This document shows, piece by piece, positions 28,558-39,150 of a stretch of DNA of 64,000 bases; within the stretch, counting starts at the first letter, position 1; every line of letters begins with the position of its first letter. The stretch comes from Candidatus Bathyarchaeota archaeon. Its GTDB lineage: Archaea > Thermoproteota > Bathyarchaeia > TCS64. The stretch covers positions 64,001 to 128,000 of the forward strand of contig CAVYVF010000023.1 of assembly GCA_963771885.1 (NCBI GenBank). The letters are read 5' to 3'. The position numbers and the translations under genes are program-made. The notes beneath the pieces are model-generated. The model did not search any database. It saw only the letters and a program-made list of their open reading frames with translations, and was not told the origin of the DNA.

Positions 28558-30507
28558 CTAGAGGTACTTCTTCATCCACCTGACGAGGTGGCGGAGCCTC
28601 TCCTCCCTGTGCTTGGGCTTGCCGCTACGGCTAAGCTCGTGGTTCTCCCCGGGAAAGCGTATGAACTCCGTTTCAACTCCCCTGAGCTTTAAGGCGGTGA
28701 ACCACTGCTCCCCCTGCTCGATGGGGCAACGTAGGTCCTCCTCGCTGTGGACGATGAGGGTCGGCGTCTTTACGCGATCGACGTAGTATAAGGGACTGCG
28801 TCTCATCTGCTCCAGAGTGTCCCCGCCCCAGTAGGTCTTGCCGCCGCTGATACTCTCCGGCTGCATGTAACCTATGTCGGATGTGCCGAACTTACTGACC
28901 CAGTTGCAGATACTGCGGAATGTGACCGCCGCCTTGAAGCGGGTGGTCTGTGTTATCATCCAATTCGTCATATAGCCACCGTAACTGCCGCCACAGACGC
29001 CAAGGTGCCCCGGGTCGATCCATGGGAACCTCTTCAACGCCTCATCAAGGCACGCATTGAGGTCCTCGTAGTCTCCCACACCGTAGCTACGCATGACGCC
29101 CTGCGTGAAGCACTCCTCGTACCCCGCGCTGCCCCGGGGGTTCGTGTAGACGACGGCGATCCCCTCACCGGTGAGTACCTGGAACTCGTGGAAGACACCG
29201 TCGCCGAAGAGGGCGCGAGGCCCACCGTGTATCTCGAGGATAGCGGGGCACCTCTCCCCCTCCCTCAAGGAGGGCGGCTTGATGACCCACGCCTCGACGT
29301 CCCTGCCCATGCTGCTCGTGAAGCTGAACCTGATCGGCTCGGCCATCTGGAGCTTCTTGAGGAGGTCGTCGTTGAAGTGGGTCAGGCGGCGGTCGCCCTT
29401 CACGTCCCTGACGTAGAGCTCGTTGGGGTGCGTAGCATCCATCGCCACGTAGGCGAAGGTGTCACCCATGAGGCTGAACCCGTCGACGCTGGGCTTCCCG
29501 ATCAAGACCTCCGTCGTACCGTCGGTTAGGCGTGTCCTGTAGAGGCTGCTCTTCGGCGTGTTGGAGGTGTAGAAGTAGATGCTTTCACCGTCTGGGCTCC
29601 AGACCGGCGCGGTGTCGGGTGAGGCGACACGCAGGTCGCTACCGACGCCGTAGCCGAGGCTTCTGTCGAAGGATGGGTCGGCCCTCCTCGGTGTGCCTCC
29701 TCCGGAGGGCATAACCCAGAGGCTCTCATCGACTGCGAGCTCCTCGGGCTTGTCGTTGCCGATGAAGGCGATCCTACCGCTGTCGGGGGAGTAGGAGATG
29801 CAGGCAATTGAGAAGTGGCTATCCGTGAGTTTCCGAGGTTCGCCGCCGGATGATGGGATGGTGTAGATGTCGGTGACCTCGCTCGTATCGGCGTCGGGCG
29901 CCATGTTTGTGACGAAGGCGACCGTCTTACCGTCGGGGCTCCACGCGGCGGCACCCACATCGTACTCGCCCTTTGTGAGCTGCTTCGGAGTCGCCCTAGG
30001 CTTCACGACGAAGAGGTGGTTACGCCTCCCCTCGAACGTGCCCTGTCCGTTGAGCTTGTACCTAATCCGCTTGATGTATTTGACATCGGTCTCTGGCTTC
30101 TTCTCCATCCAGACCTTGGAGGCGAAGAGTATGTGTTTGGAGTCTGGTGCCCAGGAAGGCGCGGCTACGCCGAGCTCGGTGTCGGCTACGAGCCTCGCCT
30201 CACCCCCCTCCACGTCGATAGCGTAGAGCTGAGTCTTCCTCCCCGGCTGCCTACCGTTGGAGAGGAATAGGAGCCTCCGCCCGTCGGGGGACCAGCGGGG
30301 ATACGTGTCGCTGCCTTCACCGTAGGTAAACTGAGCGTGCTTCCCCGTCGCCGCATCGGCGAGCCAGATGTGGCGGTCGTAGCCGTCCTTCTCGATGTTC
30401 ACATCGGAGAGCACGAAAGCGACCCTCTTACCGTCTGGGGATAGTTGGGGATCGGAGACGAACCTGAACCTACGGAGGTCCTCTATGACAACAGGGCGCG
30501 CCTGCAT
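28558..30507 (-). CDS. S9 family acylaminoacyl/prolyl oligopeptidase
   Basis: Beta-propeller WSPDG repeats, IHGGP, GGSYGG nucleophile, DLRCP and ENH motifs. Confidence 0.95.
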   Translation of the reverse strand: MQARPVVIEDLRRFRFVSDPQLSPDGKRVAFVLSDVNIEKDGYDRHIWLADAATGKHAQFTYGEGSDTYPRWSPDGRRLLFLSNGRQPGRKTQLYAIDVEGGEARLVADTELGVAAPSWAPDSKHILFASKVWMEKKPETDVKYIKRIRYKLNGQGTFEGRRNHLFVVKPRATPKQLTKGEYDVGAAAWSPDGKTVAFVTNMAPDADTSEVTDIYTIPSSGGEPRKLTDSHFSIACISYSPDSGRIAFIGNDKPEELAVDESLWVMPSGGGTPRRADPSFDRSLGYGVGSDLRVASPDTAPVWSPDGESIYFYTSNTPKSSLYRTRLTDGTTEVLIGKPSVDGFSLMGDTFAYVAMDATHPNELYVRDVKGDRRLTHFNDDLLKKLQMAEPIRFSFTSSMGRDVEAWVIKPPSLREGERCPAILEIHGGPRALFGDGVFHEFQVLTGEGIAVVYTNPRGSAGYEECFTQGVMRSYGVGDYEDLNACLDEALKRFPWIDPGHLGVCGGSYGGYMTNWMITQTTRFKAAVTFRSICNWVSKFGTSDIGYMQPESISGGKTYWGGDTLEQMRRSPLYYVDRVKTPTLIVHSEEDLRCPIEQGEQWFTALKLRGVETEFIRFPGENHELSRSGKPKHREERLRHLVRWMKKYL

Positions 30508-30660
30508 CGCGTATCTTTCTGGATCAACGCTACGACGCTTAACACTTTTCGGGTCGAGACACGTTCTTCGAATGGGTTAAAACGAATTTTTCCCCAATTA
30601 GCCTTATAATTTAGGGGCTCTAATGGATGGTTTTTAATAGGGTAACGGGGTTTTCAAACC

Positions 30661-33193
30661 ATGTCCAACAATATCCCCTCCCCGGAGGCATTTTTCGGCC
30701 ATAAAATGGGCGAGGACCGGAAGTTAGAACGCTGGGACCGCGTTGTCGAGTACTTCAATGAGTTGGCGAAGTTGCCATGCGTCAAGGTAACAGAGCTTGG
30801 TAAGTCGACGGAGGGCAACCCTCTCCTTCTCGCCGTTATCACGGCACCCGAGAACATGAAGAGACTCGACAGGATCAAGGAGATGAGCCAGAGGATCGCT
30901 CATCCGAGAGGGGCGACCCAGAAGGAGATCGAGGGCATCATCGCCGAGGGTAAGGCGGTCGTATCGATGACGATGAGCATACACGCCACAGAGGTCGGCG
31001 GCACCCAGATGAGCCCCGAACTCGTCTACGAGATCGCGACAAAGCCCGAGTACGAGGAGATCAGGAGGAACGTCGTCCTCCTGCTCTTCCCCTGCTTCAA
31101 TCCAGACGGCCAGATAATGGTAACGGACTGGTACAACAAGTACCTCGGCACAGAGTACGAGGGCACGAGCCCGCCGTGGCTCTACCACAAGTACACGGGT
31201 CATGACAACAACCGTGACGCAATCAATCTCAGCATGGTTGAGAGCCAGATGGTAGCTCGCGTGATGTACTGGTGAGTGGTTCCCCCAAGCATACATCGAC
31301 TACCACCACATGGGCAGCTACGGTGCCCGCTTCTACGTGCCCCCCTTCAGCAACCCAGTCGACGACCAGGTCGACCCCCTCATCTGGACGGAACAGGAGC
31401 TCTACGGCGGCCTCATGCACGTGATGCTCGAAGCCGCAGGGAAGACGGGCGTCGAGTCCGCTGCTACCTACCCTGGGGAGTTTATGCCCACGTTCAACTA
31501 CGTGCCATGCTGGCACAACATCTGCGGGATGCTCACCGAGTCGGCGAGCGCCGGCATCGCCACCCCGATCTGGATCCACTATCACCAGCTGAAGCCCAGC
31601 AGCAGGGGGCGACCCGAGTACAGGACGCAGATGGGCTTCCCCCACCCTTGGCCCGGGGGCTGGTGGAGACTCCGCGACGTCGTTGAACAGCAGAAGATAA
31701 GCGCCATTGCTACCCTCACGGTTGCGGCAAGCTTCAGGGAGACGCTCCTCAGGAACATGTACCTCAAGGCAACCCGCTCGATTGAGAGAGGCGAGAGGGA
31801 GGCGCCATTCGCCTTCGTCGTCAAGCCGGAGCAGCACGACGAGCTTACCGCCTACAAGCTCCTCAAGACGCTGATGGACATGGGTGTCGAGGTGCAGAGG
31901 AGCCAGCGCGAGTTCACAGCTGATGGGGTCACCTACCCTCGTGGCACACACGTCGTCTTCTCTTCCCAGCCTTGCAGGCCATACATCGTCTCGCTCCTCA
32001 AGAGGACCTTCTACCACGTCGGGCCGTGGAGCAAGAAGCCCGACGGCACACCTGTAACGCCATACGACCTCGCCACCTACACAATACCCGAGTTCATGGG
32101 AGTTAGGCTCCAGGAGGTCGAGAAGCCCTTCGAAGGCGCATTCGAGGCAGTACCTAGTCTCAGGTTCCCACGCGGCGACGTCGTGGCGACCGCCCCGAAT
32201 GGGTGGCTCCTCGACACCGCGGTCAACGACGGTTACGCCGCCGTGAACAGGCTCCTGAAGAGGGGCGTCGAGGTCAGGCGGCTGACCGAGCCCGTCACCG
32301 TCGGTGGCAAGAAGTACCCCGCGGGCTCTTGGCACGTAGTCGGCGCAGACGCGAAAAATGAATTGGAGAAACTATCACGGCTATTCCACCTCGTCTTCGA
32401 CGCGGCCCCCGGAGGCACCATAAATGAGAGGCCGACGAGGCAACTCAAGATAGGCATCTACCAGCGCTACTACGGCGGGAACACCGACGAGGGGTGGACC
32501 CGGTGGCTTCTCGAGCAGTACAGGTTCCCTTTCAAGACCATATTCGACAAGGACGTAAAGAGGGGCAAACTCGCTGACAAGTACGATGTTCTCATCTTCC
32601 CCGCGGACGCTAAGGCGATGATCACAGGCGAGGGCATCGACGAGTACTATGAGAAGAGGTGGCAGGGCATAATGACGGCGCCGAAGCATCCGCCAGAGTA
32701 CCGGAGCGGCATAGGCAAGGAGGGCGTCGGGAAGCTCAGGGAGTTCGCCGAGGCCGGCGGCACCGTTCTATGCTTAGGGGAGTCAAGCGACTTCGCCATA
32801 GAGGAGCTAAAGGTCCCTGTCAAGAACGTCCTAGCAGACGTCAAGCCGACTGAGTTCATATGCCCCGGCTCTACGCTTCGTGTAAACGTCGACGTCTCGA
32901 ATTCGCTGGCCTGGGGTGTGCAGGAGGACCTGCTCATCATCTTCCGTAGCCACGGCGCCTTCGAGGTGAGGCCAGGCATCCACAACGACGAATGCGGCGT
33001 CGTCCTCACCTACCCCGACAGCCGGATCATGGAGAGCGGCTGGCTCCAAGGGGAGGAGAGGCTAGCGCGCAAGGCAGCGATGGTCGAGGCAAAAGTTGGC
33101 AAGGGGCGCGTAATTCTCTACGGCTTCGCCCCCCAGTACCGGGCCCAGAGCGACGCGGCGTTCAAGCTGTTTTTCAACGCCCTCGTCGGCTAG
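30661..33193 (+). CDS. M14 zinc carboxypeptidase with C-terminal GATase-like domain; frameshift near 31273
   Basis: HATE, NPDG and DNNRD in the first ORF; removing one T (TGG-T-GAG) joins it to WFPQAYIDYHHMG and the 627-aa ORF. Confidence 0.85.
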
Positions 33194-33297
33194 CTCCTAT
33201 ATACCATCCCTACATTTTCTCCAATCATCATTACAGAACCTTACATCGAAGACGTTTTATACACAAACCCGCTCTGCTTCAAGGATAAGTGGTGGAT

Positions 33298-34470
33298 ATG
33301 GACGTTAACAAATTCGCGAAGAAGGAGCTGCTAGGCAATGGCAGCTGGTTCCTCGACACGTGTGAACGTGGCCCCGGACCCCAAGCTCATCAACCTAGGC
33401 GCTGGTGACCCCGACTTCAACCAGCCCAACATCATCAACAAGGCCGTATACCAGGCCATGAAGGAGGGTCACACCCACTACGAGTTCACGGGCGTACCCG
33501 AGTTCAAGAGCGCCATAGCCAAATACTACGGCAAGTACGGTGTGAAGATCGACCCTAACACCCAACTCTGCATCGAGAGTCTGGTGGCAGTCAGGCGATC
33601 TTCCGCGCCTTCGGAGCCATCCTCAACCCAGGCGACGAGATCATACTCCTCGACCCCGCCTACCAGGGCTACTTCGCCCCCGTCTCCTACTACGGCGCGA
33701 AGATGGTCCGCGCACCCATGAAGAAGGACAAGAAGGGTCTCTGGAGGCCGGACGTCAACGCCATCGCCAAGGTGTGTACGCCTAGGACGAAGGCGGTCAT
33801 GATCTGCAGCCCAGACAACCCCACCGGCGCGGTCTACACTGAGAAGGAGCTCAAGGCGCTCGCCGATGTCTGCGTCGAGAAGGACATCCTCTGTATCAGC
33901 GACGAGATCTACACCGAGTTCATCTGGGGCAGGAAGCCCTTCATCCCGACGATGAAGATCAAGGGCATGGAGGACAGGACCCTCGCCCTCATGAGCTTCA
34001 GCAAGACCTTCGCGTGGACAGGCTGCCGCGCAGGTTACATCATCTCCAGCCCCGAGCTCATGAAGCTCGTGCAGGCGGTCCCGATCGGTATCATCGGTAT
34101 GCCGGTGCCCTTCCAGTACGCGGGCGCAGTCGCCCTCGAGAAGGGATGGGGCTTCGTCAAGAAGATGCGGAAGGAGTACAAGAAGAGGATCGACTTCAGC
34201 GTCAAGAGGCTGAACGAGATCAAGGGTATCAACTGCCCCAAGCCCGAGGGCGCCTTCTACCTCTTCCCAGACATCAGCGCGGTCGGCATGCCCAGCGCCA
34301 AGTTCGCCCAGGAGCTCCTCCTGCAGGAGAAGGTCCGCGGCGCACCAGGCACAGGCTATGGCCAGGCAGCAGAGGGCCACATCAGGTTCGCCCTCGTCGC
34401 CGACATGGAGCACCTCGAAGACGCCTGGAACAGGGTCGAGCGCTTCGTCAAGAAGAACGGGAAGAAGTAA
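33298..34470 (+). CDS. Class I/II PLP aminotransferase; frameshifts near 33333 and 33580
   Basis: INLGAGDPDF, SPDNPTG, SDEIY, SFSKTFAWTGCRAG and GAFYLF motifs spread over three frames. Confidence 0.85.
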
Positions 34471-34512
34471 ACTTCCCGCCCCATATTTATTATTCTAACA
34501 GAATATCAGGGG

Positions 34513-35961
34513 CTAGTCTTTGCCTCTGTTTTTCTCGGCGTACTGCTCTGCCATATCCAGCGGCGGCTGGATCTCGTCAGGGATAGGTGAGACGTATTTC
34601 CTCCCGGCGAGGCGCTTGGCGTGCTCCTCCTTCGCCTTCTTCACCAGCCCGGGCTTTGTGAGAAAGTCGAGGACGGTGCCGGCTGTTACCTTGCTGCTGA
34701 AGATGAGGCTCTTGTGGCCGAGGCCCATGGCTCCGCATGCGACCCACTGCCAGCTGTGAGCGGGGCTGCCTAGGGGGTATGTAGAGGTGTTGTACTCGAC
34801 AGCGGGGACGATCCAGCTGACATCGCCTACGTCCGTTGAGCCGGCGCTGCAGTAATCCTCGCCGTAGGGGTCGAGGACGTCGTCCGCCATGTCCATGTCG
34901 GCGTAGCGCTCCCACGTGGGCACCTTCTGCCTCTTCATGTCGTCGATCTTGACTTGCCTGTCGAGGCCTGCGTTGATCTTCTTGGCGTAGGCAAGCTCCT
35001 CTTTCGTGTATTTGGGGGCACCGATCTCCTTCATGTTGCCCACAATGACCTCTGCTATCGCCCTGTTTGGGATGAGGTTGTAAAGACCCATTATGAACTC
35101 GACCTTGAGCGTCGTCTCCGTCATCAGCGCGGCGCCTTCGGCGATCTTGATTATCCTCTTGTAGATGCCATCCAGCTGGTCGCGTTGCGGGGCGCGTATG
35201 TAGTACCAGCTGCGTGCGTAGTCGGGGACGACATTCGGTTGTCCACCACCCACCTCGATGACGTAGTGGAACCTTGCCTCCTGGATGACGTGCTCGCGAA
35301 GGTAGTTGACACCGACGTTCATGAGCTCGATCGCGTCTAAGGCGCTCCTGCCCTGCTCTGGGCTGCCAGCGGCGTGGCTCGTCTTACCGTAATAGTGGAA
35401 CTTGACGCCGTTGACGGCGGTGCTGCTGCCTACCGTCGCGGAGTTTATCGAGTCGGGGTGGTGACTGATTATAGCGTCGACTCCGTCGAAGAGGCCGGCA
35501 CGGACCATGTAGACCTTGCCGACGAAGTTCTCCTCGGCGGGGGTCCCGAAGAACTTGACTGTGCCCTTGATGCCCTTCTTCTCCATCTCGTAGCGTGCGG
35601 CGATTGCGCCGGCGACGCCGCTTGTGCCGTGTATGTGGTGGCCGCAGCCGTGTCCTGGCGCGCCTTCCTTCAGCGGAGTCTTTACAGGCTCAATCTTGTT
35701 GCTGATGCCTGGGAGGGCGTCGAACTCACCCATGATGCCTATGACTGGCTTGCCACTCCCCCACGTCGCGATGAAGGCGGTGGGCATACCCGCGACGCCC
35801 GCCTCCACCTTGAATCCGTGCTTCTTCAACTCATCCTGGAGTAGCTTCGAGCTCTTCGTCTCAGTTAGACCCAGCTCGGCGTAGCCCCAGATTGTGTCAG
35901 CGACCTCTATGATCCTCTTCTGGTTCTGGTCGATCCAGCCCCAGGCAGTCTCCTTGGCCAT
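34513..35961 (-). CDS. M20 amidohydrolase, AbgB-like (paralog 1)
   Basis: GEFDALPG, GHGCGH, PAEE, GRSALDA, GSTDVGDVSW and HSWQ motifs. Confidence 0.92.
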   Translation of the reverse strand: MAKETAWGWIDQNQKRIIEVADTIWGYAELGLTETKSSKLLQDELKKHGFKVEAGVAGMPTAFIATWGSGKPVIGIMGEFDALPGISNKIEPVKTPLKEGAPGHGCGHHIHGTSGVAGAIAARYEMEKKGIKGTVKFFGTPAEENFVGKVYMVRAGLFDGVDAIISHHPDSINSATVGSSTAVNGVKFHYYGKTSHAAGSPEQGRSALDAIELMNVGVNYLREHVIQEARFHYVIEVGGGQPNVVPDYARSWYYIRAPQRDQLDGIYKRIIKIAEGAALMTETTLKVEFIMGLYNLIPNRAIAEVIVGNMKEIGAPKYTKEELAYAKKINAGLDRQVKIDDMKRQKVPTWERYADMDMADDVLDPYGEDYCSAGSTDVGDVSWIVPAVEYNTSTYPLGSPAHSWQWVACGAMGLGHKSLIFSSKVTAGTVLDFLTKPGLVKKAKEEHAKRLAGRKYVSPIPDEIQPPLDMAEQYAEKNRGKD

Positions 35962-36002
35962 GGGTGAAGAAAGGGTAGCTTGGCGTGTATAAGCTCAGCT
36001 AG

Positions 36003-37202
36003 TCAGCGGAGTGCCCTCTTGTGCTTGTCCACGATTCTCTTCAGCTCGTTGTAGTCGGCCTTTAGGAAGTCGTCCTGGTCGAGGCCCGCGAGGTCAGGCG
36101 GCACCGCCACCTTCTTCTGTGCCTCCCTGAGCATCACCCTGAGCCTAGCAGCGTCGTGGAGGACGCGTCTGCGTTCCACGTTCGCCGGCGGGTCCTGGAC
36201 GAGTTCGCTGATCAGGTGGGCCTCCCACCGGGTCCCGAGGGGCTTCACATATGAGATATCCTTCCCTATGCCACCGAAGCCGGGGTCATGTGGCTCGACC
36301 TGGTACCAGTAAGCCGTGCTCGAGTAGTCCTCCTGCAGCATGTTGCTGCTGCCGTGCTCAATGGTGACCTTGATCTCCTTCTCGAAGGGCACTGGGTCAG
36401 GGAGGTGGAGTCGGTAGGCGGTGAATCGGCACTGTAGGAGGTCCTGGTAGCTCAGACCGTGGTAAGGCGCGGAGAAGGGGCCGTTGATCCAGTACCAGCC
36501 TCCCTGGAAGTAGTCTTCCGTCCCCGTCCCCTTGATGCTCGCCTCCTTCTCTCCGTCGACCCAGATTACCTCGTCCCCCTCGAGGAAGAGCCTGCTGCCC
36601 TTGTCGTATGACTGCATGTTCATGGCGACGCCGCAGTAGTGGCCCGCTCCCTTCGCCTCGAGGATAGTGTAGTTCTTGTCGATGGTCGTTGGGTTCTCGC
36701 GCCTCCATTTGGCGTGGAACCGAGGCGTCTCGGGGCCGTGGTCTACGTCGCTGTACTCTATGTTGAAGTAGAGGTCGCTGATCGGGGTGTCGCCGATATT
36801 CTCCGCCTCGAAGACAGCTCCCTTGCTGAAGGGCATGGGCCAGTAGTTCCAGAAGCCGCCGCTCGTGACGCCCTGTATCGCGGAGATGTGCTGTATGTGT
36901 TCGGCGAACCCCATGCCGAAGAAGTCACCGAAGGGGGCCTCGACGCTCGGGTTCTCCTCACCGTCCCAGTAGAAGCGGAGAATCAGGTTGCGGTACGCGT
37001 CCGGGTCGTCGCTCAGTATCGTGAACCACATCCTCTGGACGCATCCTGGCCCCGCTATCTTGCCCATCCTGACGCCCTCGTGTGGCGCCGCCTTCAGGTA
37101 GTCGAGGTTGCCGCCCCCCGGGTCGTTGCTGGATAACTGCTTTAGCTTCCATTTCTTACGACGGGGGAGATCCATGAAAAGACGCGTCAAGTCGTGTGAC
37201 AT
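36003..37202 (-). CDS. DUF2961 / GH172-like protein
   Basis: YWDGEENPSVEAPFGDFFG, WPMPF, EGDE..WVDGE, GTGTEDYF and IEHG motifs. Confidence 0.85.
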   Translation of the reverse strand: MSHDLTRLFMDLPRRKKWKLKQLSSNDPGGGNLDYLKAAPHEGVRMGKIAGPGCVQRMWFTILSDDPDAYRNLILRFYWDGEENPSVEAPFGDFFGMGFAEHIQHISAIQGVTSGGFWNYWPMPFSKGAVFEAENIGDTPISDLYFNIEYSDVDHGPETPRFHAKWRRENPTTIDKNYTILEAKGAGHYCGVAMNMQSYDKGSRLFLEGDEVIWVDGEKEASIKGTGTEDYFQGGWYWINGPFSAPYHGLSYQDLLQCRFTAYRLHLPDPVPFEKEIKVTIEHGSSNMLQEDYSSTAYWYQVEPHDPGFGGIGKDISYVKPLGTRWEAHLISELVQDPPANVERRRVLHDAARLRVMLREAQKKVAVPPDLAGLDQDDFLKADYNELKRIVDKHKRALR

Positions 37203-37260
37203 GCTGAAGGAAGCCCTCGGTGGGGATTTATCGTTTTATAGAATGAGGAGTCGAGTGTTT

Positions 37261-38082
37261 TCAGAGGTATGTCTCCGGTTCCTTTCTCTCAAGGAAAGTG
37301 TCGTGAAGCCACCTTGCCTCCCTGGAGAAGAAGGGGTGAATCATCAGCCTCGCGCCCGTTGGACAACACTTGATGCAAGCGTAGCACCTCATGCAGGCTT
37401 GCTTGTTTGTTTCAACGGCGGTTCCGATTGTTATGGCTTCGTTTGGGCAGACCTCGAAGCACTTGCCGCACTTTGTGCATAGTTCATCCTTGGTTATTGG
37501 GGCAGCTGGCTCAGTGCCTGGTTTGGGCGCGCGTGATTTCCGGAACTCGTCCCTATATGGTCGGACACCTGGAACAGTGACAGGCGTAACATCGTCTATG
37601 CTCTTAGATGTTAGCAACTTATCCCTTATTTGAGTGCCGAATTCGCGGGCCTTCCTTAGATCGGAGACATCGGGACGTCCTGCGGCTATTGGTATCTCGG
37701 GTGTGCTGAAGGAGTGCTGGGCGACAAAGGCGGCGCCGGCGATTGGTTTGAATCCAAGCTCTGAGGCGAGGTCGGTCAGCTCGATGAGGGAGTCCTCGTA
37801 TGCCCTGTTGCCGTAGACGACGAGCATGACCGCGGGGGTATTATGCGCCTTGAATCTGCGCAGTCTCGTGAGCGCCTCTACGGGTATGCGCCCGGCGTAG
37901 ACGGGGGAGCCGATAATGGCTAGATCCCTGCCGAACTCCTCGAATTCTCTTGTCTTCGCCTTGGGGCGCGTCAGATCCATGTGCTCTACTGGTACCTCGA
38001 CCCCTTTTGCGATCTCCTCCATGATCCTCCTCGTCGAATCGGTTGGCGAGAAGAAGACGAGCTTAACCCGGTTAATCCTCAT
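37261..38082 (-). CDS. Flavodoxin-fold plus 2x[4Fe-4S] protein (EFR1-like)
   Basis: FSPTDST, VVYGNRAYED, CTKCGKCFEVCP and CMRCYACIKCCP motifs. Confidence 0.88.
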   Translation of the reverse strand: MRINRVKLVFFSPTDSTRRIMEEIAKGVEVPVEHMDLTRPKAKTREFEEFGRDLAIIGSPVYAGRIPVEALTRLRRFKAHNTPAVMLVVYGNRAYEDSLIELTDLASELGFKPIAGAAFVAQHSFSTPEIPIAAGRPDVSDLRKAREFGTQIRDKLLTSKSIDDVTPVTVPGVRPYRDEFRKSRAPKPGTEPAAPITKDELCTKCGKCFEVCPNEAITIGTAVETNKQACMRCYACIKCCPTGARLMIHPFFSREARWLHDTFLERKEPETYL

Positions 38083-38097
38083 TTCAGGTACCTCATG

Positions 38098-39057
38098 CTA
38101 GTTGAATGCGCTGACGACTGACAGAGTCTCCCCCTTCTGGACAGAGTAGAAGCATCGAGTCATGGCGACGATGCCGGCCTCGGGTGCTCTCGCGACCTGA
38201 ACGATATCGCCGAAGACGTCGGTCACCCTCCCTAGCTCGGCTCCCTTCTTTACCTCGGCGTCCAACTCGACCGAGGGGTGCCACGCCCCGCTCTGTGTCG
38301 CGAGTATCTTGAGTCGCTTCCTGCTCACCCTTGGTGTGTGCCGCTTGGGCTCGCCGCCGAGGATACGCATATGGCGGAGCACGTTCATCACCCCCTCGTA
38401 GTGGAAGCGGACCGCGTCTTCCCTGACCGGGAATGGGGTGCCCGCCTCGGGCATGATGCAGGGTACCCCGTAGATGCTCTGCGCGCTCAGGCTCGCTCCC
38501 CCCGAGGCTGGGAAGATGTGGGTGAGGTCACTTGGGAAGCAGGTAGCGAGTGCGAGTGCCTCCGCGTTGATGGTGGCGACCTTCCCCTCAGCGGCTACGA
38601 CGAAGCCCCTTATGTCCTCGTCGATGTCCCCGCCGTGGCAGTCAACTAACGCGTCACACTTGGAGGCGATGTTCTCGAATGCTGCATGTGCGATTCTCTG
38701 CGTTAGGCTACCCGAAGCATCGCCGGGGAAGACGCCGTTCAGGTTCAGCTTGTCCACTGGGCTCGTGAACTGCGTCCTCTTCTCGAACTGCGCCCTGTTG
38801 AGAACGGGGACGGCGAGGACTGTCCCCCTCATCACCGCTGGGTCGAGTGCACGGACCACACGAGTCACTGCCTCGATGCTCGCGAACTCGGTGCCATGCG
38901 TCCCGCCGAAGAGCCCCAGGGTCTTCCCGGGGAGGGTACCGTTGATGACGGCGACGGGTATACTGTACCTCTCATCCCCAACGTCAATGAACCCTGTCGA
39001 CTTCTCACCGGGCGCCGCCGAGACACCGCCCACGGATACTCGCGCTGCTTGAGCCAT
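38098..39057 (-). CDS. Succinylglutamate desuccinylase/aspartoacylase family
   Basis: HGTE, NLNGVFPG, DCHGG and EAG motifs; C-terminal barrel-sandwich hybrid. Confidence 0.88.
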   Translation of the reverse strand: MAQAARVSVGGVSAAPGEKSTGFIDVGDERYSIPVAVINGTLPGKTLGLFGGTHGTEFASIEAVTRVVRALDPAVMRGTVLAVPVLNRAQFEKRTQFTSPVDKLNLNGVFPGDASGSLTQRIAHAAFENIASKCDALVDCHGGDIDEDIRGFVVAAEGKVATINAEALALATCFPSDLTHIFPASGGASLSAQSIYGVPCIMPEAGTPFPVREDAVRFHYEGVMNVLRHMRILGGEPKRHTPRVSRKRLKILATQSGAWHPSVELDAEVKKGAELGRVTDVFGDIVQVARAPEAGIVAMTRCFYSVQKGETLSVVSAFN

Positions 39058-39150
39058 TGGAGTGAGGAGAGGGCGACGGCTAATAAAACGATGGCATCAT
39101 TGACCCCTAGTTTCAAATACCGAACAGGCGAAGACCAAGCCGTCCGATCC

